Positions 1 to 8,782 of a DNA stretch of 50,348 nt are shown in pieces. The first letter of the stretch is position 1. The number at the start of each line of letters is the position of its first letter. Under the pieces are notes generated by a model that saw only the letters and a program-made list of their open reading frames with translations, was not told the origin of the DNA and did no database searches. The DNA comes from Candidatus Eiseniibacteriota bacterium (GTDB taxonomy: Bacteria; Eisenbacteria; RBG-16-71-46; CAIMUX01; VGJL01), in assembly GCA_041946735.1 (NCBI GenBank), contig JBHGAY010000034.1:1-50348 (forward strand). The letters run 5' to 3'. The translations under genes and the position numbers were made by a program.

Positions 1-91
1 TGCTAGCCTAGGTCCACGGCACGGGGGGGACCTGTAAAGTCGGGTCGTGACTACTACAGGTGACCACCTCCGACCTTCTGTCTTTGTCCGC

Positions 92-280
92 CTATCTTGC
101 CCTGCGCGATTGACGCCAGTCAGCGACCAAGACAAAGACCACTGTCGCGAGCCCTGCCGCGAAACTGCCGATGCCGATTGCGGCACTCAAGGCACCCGAG
201 CTGCCGCCCAACGCCGTGCCGCCCGCGACCATCAGCACGCACCCGACCTCGAGAAGCTGCGTTCTGCTGCGCTTCCTCAT
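92..280 (-). CDS. small hypothetical membrane protein (62 aa)
   Basis: GGGAGGAG Shine-Dalgarno just upstream of ATG; two hydrophobic Gly/Ala-rich segments flanked by basic termini. Confidence 0.5.
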   Translation of the reverse strand: MRKRSRTQLLEVGCVLMVAGGTALGGSSGALSAAIGIGSFAAGLATVVFVLVADWRQSRRAR

Positions 281-588
281 CGGTCTCCTCCCGTGTTCTG
301 CGTGTGTGTCGAGTGACGGCCAGTCCGTCAGGCAAAGTAGCGGGGCCGCCGTCGCAGACGTTGTCGGTGTTGCCCGTCGTTTCCTTGAGCTGCATTAGCG
401 GATCGTTGCCAGCGGCCGCGACAATCGTGATGATCGATCAACCGCGGTCGAGGGTCGTTCCCCGTAAAGCCCCGCCACACCCGCAAGTACGCCGAGTTCG
501 CCAGACTCGGGCCCATACGAATTGCTCATGTAGTTCAGAGCAAGATCAGATTGATCGATAGGCAGTGGCACGCAGCGCCATGTCCTCC

Positions 589-616
589 TTGACATTCCCC
601 CCCCGCCGTGGATAAT
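589..616 (+). promoter_or_regulatory. sigma70-type promoter for the secreted-protein operon
   Basis: TTGACA (589-594), 16 bp spacer, GATAAT (611-616), in a non-coding region upstream of the + strand gene run. Confidence 0.55.
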
Positions 617-906
617 CCGTGCCGAGGGCTTCAATACTCAGCGGCGTTCCGGCCATGGCCAAAAGGACCGGGGCGTTCCGTGATTGCGTCGCGCGTTGGC
701 GAACGGGGTGGAGAGCGGAGAGAAGCCGATGCCAGAGTATCGCCCGCATAGGGTCCCTTCCTCGCCTCCCCATGTGATCGCGGTGTCCTCACCTGCGATG
801 GATTGGAGGGCCCCATGTACCTCTCTCGTTGGAGGCTAGGGTGAAGCTTTCGTCCCCTATGCCCTGGAATACACTAGCGCAGCCACTTCGACCAGGAGGG
901 CTCACG

Positions 907-1269
907 ATGCCTATTATCCGCGCACTAGTGCTGAGCATTATCGCCATTATAACACTTGCATCGCCAGCCCTCAGTACGTGCGGCTTCCAGTTCACAGGCG
1001 GGACTTGCCTAACATTTGAAGGCATTCGGTGCTTCAGCGTCTACTTCCTTGTCATGGACACCTCCTGTGAGGTTGACATATACCGCACCAGTTCAACCAC
1101 ATGCACCGGCTGGGTACTTCTCGCCGACAACTGGCCAAGCGACACTTTCTATTACGACTGCCCAGACTGGTCCACTGGCGCGCTCTACGACTATCGCCTG
1201 GTGTTGCATACGTCAGAAGGCCTTGTGATCGAGAACCGTATGTTCGAGCGAGTGAACTGCTATCAGTAG
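907..1269 (+). CDS. small secreted Cys-rich hypothetical protein (120 aa)
   Basis: AGGAGGG SD before ATG 907 (in frame with ORF 829..1269); N-terminal signal peptide MPIIRALVLSIIAIITLASPALS; 7 Cys. Confidence 0.7.
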   Translation: MPIIRALVLSIIAIITLASPALSTCGFQFTGGTCLTFEGIRCFSVYFLVMDTSCEVDIYRTSSTTCTGWVLLADNWPSDTFYYDCPDWSTGALYDYRLVLHTSEGLVIENRMFERVNCYQ

Positions 1270-1320
1270 GCTGTATCGTCATGCTCCTGGATCTCATCTC
1301 GCTTTCGGGAGGGATGCGCC

Positions 1321-4300
1321 ATGCGCTCTGTCCGGCTTCTTATCGCATTGGGGTCAGTGGTACTCGCCTGTCCCCGGGCTGCCGCTACAGACTACCCGAA
1401 CGTCTTTGACTTTCACCTCGCGGCTGACATCACAGACGTGACTATCACGCCCGACGGTCAGTATGATCGAATCTCTATCACCGATGGCCACCCGGACAAC
1501 ACCGAGGGACATATTGGACAACCGCAGCTCCCGATTCGCAATGCATTCTTCCTCTTGCCACCAGGGAAACGGATAGTCAGCGTCGATCTTCAAACAGAAC
1601 TTGTCACTACCATTCCTGGTGAATTCCAGCCGCTGCCGGTCCTTCCTCCCGATGTTCACGGCGACCCGCCCCTCGACGTCCCTTGGGACCTCTCCGGCAA
1701 CTACCCCGAGAAAGCCCTATACAGCGTCTCGTCTGGCGATTCCCGCGACTACTATTTGCTGAAAATCAGCTACTACCCCCTCTCCTATGAAGGCTCAACA
1801 AGACGGCTCGCCCTGAATGCGGTGCAACGGCTCGCTATCGTGCTCCAAGACCGGTCTCCCACCGAGGAGACGGCCCACATTCAAAGAGCCACGATGAGGG
1901 ATGGGCCGTTTGCCGAGCACCGTCAGTGGATCCGCAGTACCGTCCACAATCCTCTCGACGTCGATCGGTTCTATCCCCGTCATTCAGATCATGCCGACCA
2001 TGATCCGTCCCATGACAAGAATCACGCGCGCGTTTCCTCTGAAGAGGCGCCCTATGGCAGCTTCATCTCGGACCTACCCTCGGCTGAGGGGTTAGGGCCT
2101 TCCCTAGTCATCGTCACTAACAACGTCGACGAGAGCGGCAATGGTGTCGGGCAAATGACGGAGCACTTTGGTAACTACGCTGCTGCCTTGACATCGTACG
2201 GCATAGTCACCACCGTTCGGACAGTTGACTGGATTGAGAGGCAAGAGCCGTATCAGGGGTTCGACCGTGCCGATGCCATTCGGCGATTCTTGAGAGACTG
2301 CTATGTGAAATGGGGAACTTCGTACGTCATACTGGGCGGCGACGAGAGCGCCGTGCCTACACGGAGGATCGGGCCAGCCATTGTCGAAGACGCCCAGTGG
2401 TTGAACCGGGCGGATCCGACAAGCGACTTCTGGTATACGCGCTTGGGCACTTATGTCGACTCGCCGGAAAGCTGGAACGTAGACGGTGATGCCTGGATCG
2501 GTGAGTATCTCTCGGACTTCGGCGACTATACCGGTCTGAGCAGTAGTAGCATATTCGTGGGACGACTCCCTGCACGAAACGCTGATGAGGCACGCGCAAT
2601 GACGACAAAGCTGTGGCGGTATCGCCTCATGCCACCCTACTCGAATCAACGTGCCGATGACTCCTTCTACTCTTCGGGCATTGTTGTCGCTGGCCCCACC
2701 AACAGCTCCTCCCCGGACAATGAGGACTGCGGCGTATTTGTCGCGGAAGAGTTCTTCGCTGAGCCGCTACACAGGCAGTTCGGCTGGACCGTCTCGCGTA
2801 TGTACCCGGACTTCCCGTCCGTCACATGCCCGGGCGGCGACTTCTGTCTCGGTCGCCTCGCTGCCTATATCATTGAAAATGCCCCATCCGATCCCCGATG
2901 GGTCGGAACCTCCCTTCGAGATGCGCTCGACGGAGCACAGCGCCACTTCGTCTTCCACATGGAACATTCCGATACGGACAGGTGGGGACACCCCACTGCA
3001 TTTGGCGCCTTCCCGAATCGGGACTGCCCACGCGCCTGCAAACCCGAGTGCGACGAGCGACTAGCATCACTAGTGACCGGAACGGAACATCTGGACGAGA
3101 ATCAGGTGCTCTCTCTCCGCAACGCACCCCAAGGAGCGGAGGCGCGCTTCTTTATAGCGATGAGCTTAGGATCCTACACCAACGCCTTTGAGACAAATGC
3201 AATTGGAGAGGCTTTCCTTCGGGCCCCTAACGGGGGTGCTGTGGCATACGTAGGTAATACGGAGAGCTATTACAATCTGATCTATCGTCCTCGGGCAGTC
3301 GGAGTAGCCGCGGTGGATATGTTCGATCCAATCTCCGGCTGCAGTGTAGGAGGGGCGCTAGCCCACGCGCTGGATGAGATCTATCCCGATGGGATTCTTG
3401 AGATCAAGGAGGCCAGTGGTTTGCCCTTGCTCGGGGACCCGTCACTGCAGGCATGGCGGGGCGCACCACGCGACGCTCTTCTCGCCGTCACACCGAACCA
3501 GATCACATCCCTTGGCGTCACAAACCTAACCGTCACCGCAAGTGAGTCCGGGAGCGCCGTCGACAACGCTCTGGTCTGTGTGCGACAGAGCGATAAGGTC
3601 TATGCTACCAGGATGACCAACGCCGCTGGTCAGGCCATGTTCCCGGGGCTCTTGATTCAAAGCGTGGACTCCTTGATCGTGACCCTAATAGCGCCGGGCT
3701 TTGCCCCCAAGCGGCTGGCTGTTCCAATCTCGGTCAGTGCGCCCTTTGTTGCCTACGTTCGTCATGACCTCGATGACTGCTGCCAGGGGGGCGACTGCGA
3801 CAATGCGACCGAGGCCGCGGAAACTCTGACAGCGACTGTGACACTCGGGAATCTCGGAAGTACCACGGCCCAATCCGGATCAGCCCTCCTTCGCGCGACC
3901 CCATCCTTTCATTGCGATCTTCTGATTAACGGCCAATATCGACCAGAAGACATCCTGATAGGCGCGAAGAGCGCCCATCCGCCAGCCGCCGGAGAGTCAT
4001 TCGACCTTCCCTTGACTAAGGACGGCATCCGCTCTGAAGGGCCGCCTGTGGCCTTTGGCACCGGTCGTGACACTTTCAAAGTCTGGCGAGATAACTCATC
4101 GGGGAGCTACGTGGTTGCAGCGGTCTCCTCTTCGCAGTCCGCCGACTCTGTGTTCACTGGCGTTCTTAAGGGCCAGGCAGCCTTCTCAAGCGTCTCGATG
4201 ACCGGTGAGGCTAATGACGCCTACTTCTGGAGCGGCGACTCCATTTGGTTCCAGTTTCATGGAGACCAAACAAGCGATCAGATCACGTTTAAGGCCGAAG

Positions 4301-7035
4301 CGCAGGAATGGGTTACGTTACCTTCACCGTCTGTGCATGTGCCGACACTTGCTTCTGGTTCCGAGACAGACGTCTCGTATCCCATCGTGCTTAGTCCTTT
4401 CGCCCCGGATGGCGCTAATCTTATCTTTACTGTGTTCGCCTATCAAGCCACTACGCCCAATGCCTACTTCCATAGTGACTTTGCCTTCGCAATCCGGAAG
4501 CCCGAAATTGCAGTCTGGTTGGATCTGGCAGCGTTTGGCGACTTCGGTTGCCCCGATACGAGTTGGGCTCTGACGCCTATCATTCATAATGTCGGATCTG
4601 GAGAAGCAGACTCAGTTCAGCTAACGCTCAGATCCACTGCTGGTAGCATGTCGCTTCGAGACAGCATTGTAACGTTCGTTAGAGTGTCGCCTGACTCGTT
4701 TGCGGTCGCCGGCTCGTTCACACTATGCGGCCGCTCTCCATCGGACACCGCTGGCTTCGAAGGGAGCATTCGAACTGAGGTTTTCCACCGCACCCTCCCG
4801 ACGTCGTGCATGGACCACCCCCTCGACCCTTGCCCACCGCCCGCCCCCACGAATCTGGAGGCCGACCTGGCCGGAGGTACCGTCATTCTTCGATGGGACC
4901 CTGTCCCGAGCGTTCAGGCATACAGGATCACTTGTCGGTCAAGTGAGGATGGTATCGATTTGTGGAGGGAGATTCTCCCTAACAGTACCACGCGCTACGA
5001 AGTACGGACCCATGAGCTGGAGCGCCCTAGCGGCGCGAATGGCTATACCTACCCCTACTACTTCCTCGTTGACGCTGCTAGACGTGAAGAAGGCGACGAA
5101 GACGACCAAGACGTGCTGCTCTTTGGTGCGGACGCTCTCATCGGGCCGATCTTCCCATGGGTGAAAGAGCGAACGTCGCGCTGGCCAAAGCTCCTTCCGG
5201 AGACGTCGATCTGCGCCCCAACTGTCCTCACTCAAGCTGAGGACGGTGCGTCCGCGATCCTGGCCGCAGGCGCCAGGATCTACGGGTGGCGCCCAGACGG
5301 CTCTCCGCTAGACACCGATAGCCTATTGTATGATCCGATCGGCGCGGATCCGATTGGCGTCGACACCCGATTCACGGAGGCCTTGGCAACGGGCCCTTGG
5401 TTCCTAGAGCCCAATGGGAGCGAGGCACTGCTCGTTGCTGGGAATCTCCGAAACGATGGTGTCCACCTGATCAAGTTGGATCCCAAACAGGGTGGAGGGT
5501 TCTCGGCGGATCTCTATCGCGAGTACCCAGTATCCAGCGCGCTATCCCCAATAGTCGCGTGGTCTTATTACGTCTCCGGAACCTATCAGACCGCGCTGTG
5601 GCTGGCCGGAACAGCCGACAACTTCATTAATGAGGCGATTATTGACGATGCCTCCGCAATGTTCCATTGCGCTGAGACGGTTCCGGCCGGTTCGTCTTTC
5701 AACTTCCAATCACTTGCGATCGGTCACAATACCACTACTCACATCCCAGAGCTCATTGCCGTGAGTCGCGGAACGAAATGGAAGCGGGGTCAGCTCGCAT
5801 GTTATCCCATGACGGTCAGCGGCCTGACGCAACCACGATGGGCAGATTCTCTCGATGACCGGTCAATCGCTCAGCCAATGAACCAGTGGCTTTCGACCCC
5901 GGCTGTTGGCGACATCGATGGTGATGGCGATCACGACGTGGTGGTAACGAGCTTGTGGCGATGCCTTGATCCCAGTTGCTCAAGTCTCTTGGCCGGGAAG
6001 ATCCTCATAGTCGATGAGGACACCGGGGTTCAGCTGACATGTACCGGAGGCGAAAGCCCTAGCTTCCACTTCCGTCGTGCGAGCGACGATCTACCGCCAG
6101 CTGGGCCTACGCTGGCCGATCTCGACGCAGATGGAGACATGGAAATCGTTCTTGCGGGAAACACCTCAGATCCAGACACGCAAGATCAGTCTCCCGTCGC
6201 TCTGACTGTCCATGTCTTCGGGTGGAATAACGGCTCACTCGACCACTGGGAGGCCAGTCAGAGCATTCCATATGGCGAGCGAATGCCTCAGCACGGGAAC
6301 GTGCATGAGTGCCCCGGCTGTGGTGGAAAGCCTGATGGCGCCCTGTACCCCATCGGGTCCGCAGTCGTGGCAGAAGTCGACTATGACGGTCTGAGGTGTC
6401 GTCCGGATATCTTCGTGAGCAGCTCTGCTGGTGCGATCTGTGCCTTCGAGTACGATCCGGACGGTCCCGAAGGTCCATCTCTGTATGCGAAGCCGGGCTG
6501 GCCTCTTGTGTTCCCTGGCGTACCACGCGAGCCGGTGGTGGCGGTGCTCGACGAGACTAACCCCAATCAGTACTCCATGGTTGTCCAATGTCAGGATGGC
6601 TGGCTTCATGTCCTCGATCTCCCGCGTCCTTCACCGGTCGGCGTGGATTGCGGCTATGCTTGGCAATCCTACGGAGGTTACAATGTGAACTCGCGATTCC
6701 AGTGGCAATGGGACAAGGATCGGGAGCTTCCTCCAGATGAGGGAATCACCGTACTGGGCGCTAGGCCTTCTTTCTCCGTAAGCGGTCTCGTCCGGAGTTC
6801 TTCTGAGGCGGACGTGCTCGTCTACTTGTCCAGGTCTGAAACGGTCGACCTTTCCGTCTATGACGCCGGTGGTCGTCGCATTGCCACAGTCTACAGCGGC
6901 CTCCTTGCTCCAGGCTCACACCGTCTACATTGGGATGGGAGAACCTACGGAAGACCCGTCTCTAGTGGAATCTACTGGTACCGGCTAAAATGCGAGTCGG
7001 GAACTCAGTCTCGGCGAGTGGTAGTGGTGCGATAG
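1321..7035 (+). CDS. secreted C25 (gingipain-like) peptidase-family multidomain protein: propeptide, C25 domain, Ig-like/FN3 domains, FG-GAP repeats, C-terminal FlgD-Ig/T9SS-like domain
   Basis: signal peptide; GQPQLP propeptide motif; YVILGGD, SDFWY, VGRLPA, GGAVAYVG, LLGDP C25 motifs; PPAPTNL..LRWDPV FN3; GDIDGDGDHD and ADLDADGDME FG-GAP; VYDAGGRRI...WDGR...SSGIYWYRL C-terminus. Confidence 0.85.
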   Translation: MRSVRLLIALGSVVLACPRAAATDYPNVFDFHLAADITDVTITPDGQYDRISITDGHPDNTEGHIGQPQLPIRNAFFLLPPGKRIVSVDLQTELVTTIPGEFQPLPVLPPDVHGDPPLDVPWDLSGNYPEKALYSVSSGDSRDYYLLKISYYPLSYEGSTRRLALNAVQRLAIVLQDRSPTEETAHIQRATMRDGPFAEHRQWIRSTVHNPLDVDRFYPRHSDHADHDPSHDKNHARVSSEEAPYGSFISDLPSAEGLGPSLVIVTNNVDESGNGVGQMTEHFGNYAAALTSYGIVTTVRTVDWIERQEPYQGFDRADAIRRFLRDCYVKWGTSYVILGGDESAVPTRRIGPAIVEDAQWLNRADPTSDFWYTRLGTYVDSPESWNVDGDAWIGEYLSDFGDYTGLSSSSIFVGRLPARNADEARAMTTKLWRYRLMPPYSNQRADDSFYSSGIVVAGPTNSSSPDNEDCGVFVAEEFFAEPLHRQFGWTVSRMYPDFPSVTCPGGDFCLGRLAAYIIENAPSDPRWVGTSLRDALDGAQRHFVFHMEHSDTDRWGHPTAFGAFPNRDCPRACKPECDERLASLVTGTEHLDENQVLSLRNAPQGAEARFFIAMSLGSYTNAFETNAIGEAFLRAPNGGAVAYVGNTESYYNLIYRPRAVGVAAVDMFDPISGCSVGGALAHALDEIYPDGILEIKEASGLPLLGDPSLQAWRGAPRDALLAVTPNQITSLGVTNLTVTASESGSAVDNALVCVRQSDKVYATRMTNAAGQAMFPGLLIQSVDSLIVTLIAPGFAPKRLAVPISVSAPFVAYVRHDLDDCCQGGDCDNATEAAETLTATVTLGNLGSTTAQSGSALLRATPSFHCDLLINGQYRPEDILIGAKSAHPPAAGESFDLPLTKDGIRSEGPPVAFGTGRDTFKVWRDNSSGSYVVAAVSSSQSADSVFTGVLKGQAAFSSVSMTGEANDAYFWSGDSIWFQFHGDQTSDQITFKAEAQEWVTLPSPSVHVPTLASGSETDVSYPIVLSPFAPDGANLIFTVFAYQATTPNAYFHSDFAFAIRKPEIAVWLDLAAFGDFGCPDTSWALTPIIHNVGSGEADSVQLTLRSTAGSMSLRDSIVTFVRVSPDSFAVAGSFTLCGRSPSDTAGFEGSIRTEVFHRTLPTSCMDHPLDPCPPPAPTNLEADLAGGTVILRWDPVPSVQAYRITCRSSEDGIDLWREILPNSTTRYEVRTHELERPSGANGYTYPYYFLVDAARREEGDEDDQDVLLFGADALIGPIFPWVKERTSRWPKLLPETSICAPTVLTQAEDGASAILAAGARIYGWRPDGSPLDTDSLLYDPIGADPIGVDTRFTEALATGPWFLEPNGSEALLVAGNLRNDGVHLIKLDPKQGGGFSADLYREYPVSSALSPIVAWSYYVSGTYQTALWLAGTADNFINEAIIDDASAMFHCAETVPAGSSFNFQSLAIGHNTTTHIPELIAVSRGTKWKRGQLACYPMTVSGLTQPRWADSLDDRSIAQPMNQWLSTPAVGDIDGDGDHDVVVTSLWRCLDPSCSSLLAGKILIVDEDTGVQLTCTGGESPSFHFRRASDDLPPAGPTLADLDADGDMEIVLAGNTSDPDTQDQSPVALTVHVFGWNNGSLDHWEASQSIPYGERMPQHGNVHECPGCGGKPDGALYPIGSAVVAEVDYDGLRCRPDIFVSSSAGAICAFEYDPDGPEGPSLYAKPGWPLVFPGVPREPVVAVLDETNPNQYSMVVQCQDGWLHVLDLPRPSPVGVDCGYAWQSYGGYNVNSRFQWQWDKDRELPPDEGITVLGARPSFSVSGLVRSSSEADVLVYLSRSETVDLSVYDAGGRRIATVYSGLLAPGSHRLHWDGRTYGRPVSSGIYWYRLKCESGTQSRRVVVVR

Positions 7036-7063
7036 GTAGGGTGTTCTAGAGAGGACCAACAGG

Positions 7064-8149
7064 ATGCGAAACGCGTGGATTATCTGGGCACTGCTTTTGG
7101 CAGTGCCGAGTCAGGCACGCACCCTAGTCGTCGATGGCAGCGGGGGGAGCGAGTACTCGACCGTCCGGAGTGCTCTCTGGGCATCCGTAGGCGGGGACAC
7201 GATACTCATCCATCCCGGAACCTACGACGAATACGATGGGCCCGATGCCACAAACACTGTGGGGCAATCTCCTCTGACCATTATCGGAACTGGATCTGAT
7301 GCAGAAGAGACGGCCCTCCGTCTCAGCATTGACTTCCTCGACTCGGACTGCACCATAGTCAACTTGCTGTTCCATCGTGAAGATACTCCCTTGGTCAGCA
7401 GCGGAACAATGGTCATCCGTGGTTGCCGATTCGATCAGAATGGGAACGACGGACTTGGCGGCGGAGCGATCCGGATGATAGGTGGATCCCTGGTGGTTGA
7501 GGACACCGCATTCACGAACAACTCTGCCCTGGGCAATGATTCGCCTATGGGCGGCGCGGTCTTCGTGGATGGTGGAGCGCCGGTGACCTTGAGACGATGC
7601 GTCTGCAAGGGCAACCAAGCTGAATCCGGTGGGGCTCTTTATGTATGGACCGCCGATGCTGAAGACTCCGTTTTTATGGAGAACGAGGCTGATCACGGGG
7701 CAGCCATTATGGCCGCTTCGCTGAATACGATGACCAGGTGTACCTTGCTTCGGAACCGGATTCGCGTCGGACCTGGTGCCGCTCTGGAATCTAGAGTAAG
7801 TGACTGGTTAGGAGTAGTCTCCCACTCCATCATTGCACGTACTTCAAATGGGTGGGGCGTAGAGTGCGGCGGTTTCAAGACGCTGGAGTGTTGCGATGTC
7901 TGGGGAAACGAAGCGGGTGACTATGCCGGTATGTGGTGCAGTAACCTCGAATCCGACGGGAACTTCTCAGCTGACCCCGTCTTCTGCGACTGGGCAGCGG
8001 GGGATGTTGGCCTGCAGGAGGGGTCGCCCTGCGTTCCGGGTCTGCATGGTGGTGTGCAGTGCGGCATCATCGGGGCGAGGGGTCTTGAGTGCCCCGGCAC
8101 GGCGGTAGAGGCCGTCAGCTGGGGCAAGGTGCGTGGAATGTTTCGGTGA
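7064..8149 (+). CDS. secreted right-handed parallel beta-helix (pectin lyase-like/Pmp-repeat) protein
   Basis: signal peptide; GDTILIHPGTY; repeated FxxN..GGA motifs; GNFSADPVFC; C-terminal SWGKVRGMFR. Confidence 0.85.
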   Translation: MRNAWIIWALLLAVPSQARTLVVDGSGGSEYSTVRSALWASVGGDTILIHPGTYDEYDGPDATNTVGQSPLTIIGTGSDAEETALRLSIDFLDSDCTIVNLLFHREDTPLVSSGTMVIRGCRFDQNGNDGLGGGAIRMIGGSLVVEDTAFTNNSALGNDSPMGGAVFVDGGAPVTLRRCVCKGNQAESGGALYVWTADAEDSVFMENEADHGAAIMAASLNTMTRCTLLRNRIRVGPGAALESRVSDWLGVVSHSIIARTSNGWGVECGGFKTLECCDVWGNEAGDYAGMWCSNLESDGNFSADPVFCDWAAGDVGLQEGSPCVPGLHGGVQCGIIGARGLECPGTAVEAVSWGKVRGMFR

Positions 8150-8782
8150 CGGGCCACACGTCAATTCAACGATCACGATCGTCTCTAGATGGAAGGACTA
8201 AACCGCTTCGCGCTTAGGAAGATTCGTCAATAGCTTCTGTCATTGTCGAGAGGTACCGCGGAGCCTTCCTGCGACTGAGTCGCAGCAAGCATGGGCATCA
8301 CGGTGGCAAAGAACGGCCTGTTTCAGATGGAAAGACGACGTCCCTGCACAGGGGCAGAATGGCGGCGTCCGGGACGATCCCGGGCGCCGTCGGCGCATCG
8401 GAGGGGCGGCACAGAGGCAGTCGCGGCAGCTTTTGGGCAGGATTTCCGCCCGAATCGCCTGCCTCGGAGAGCGATAGGGGCAGGCACGGATCGGCCTGCC
8501 TGCGGCATGTCAAAGACTTAGGCCTTTAGCGGCATCGGCCCGGAAAGGCCTGCCCCTTCGATTCGGACCGTTTTTCATGCCCCCAAGAAGCACCTTCCGC
8601 GCGGGTGCCGGTCGCCAACGGGCACCTACCGATCGCTCAGGCTCCGCCAAACCACCCTCCGCTCGGGACTCCTCGTCGCTAAGAAGCACCCGGCCGGGAG
8701 GCCTCGGACGGGCTCTCGGCGATGCCGTTTTCGCGGTCGACTTCGCTTGATCTGTGCGGCGAGGATGAGCGCCGCAAAGGCA

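Noticed and set aside
318..352. GGCAAAGTAGCGGGGCCGCC resembling part of a c-di-GMP-I riboswitch
   Set aside because: The upstream GNRA hairpin and GCAAA spacing of the family are absent
8291..8521. Small ORFs in the 8.15-8.78 kb gap
   Set aside because: Arg/Pro-rich, no SD or recognisable motif
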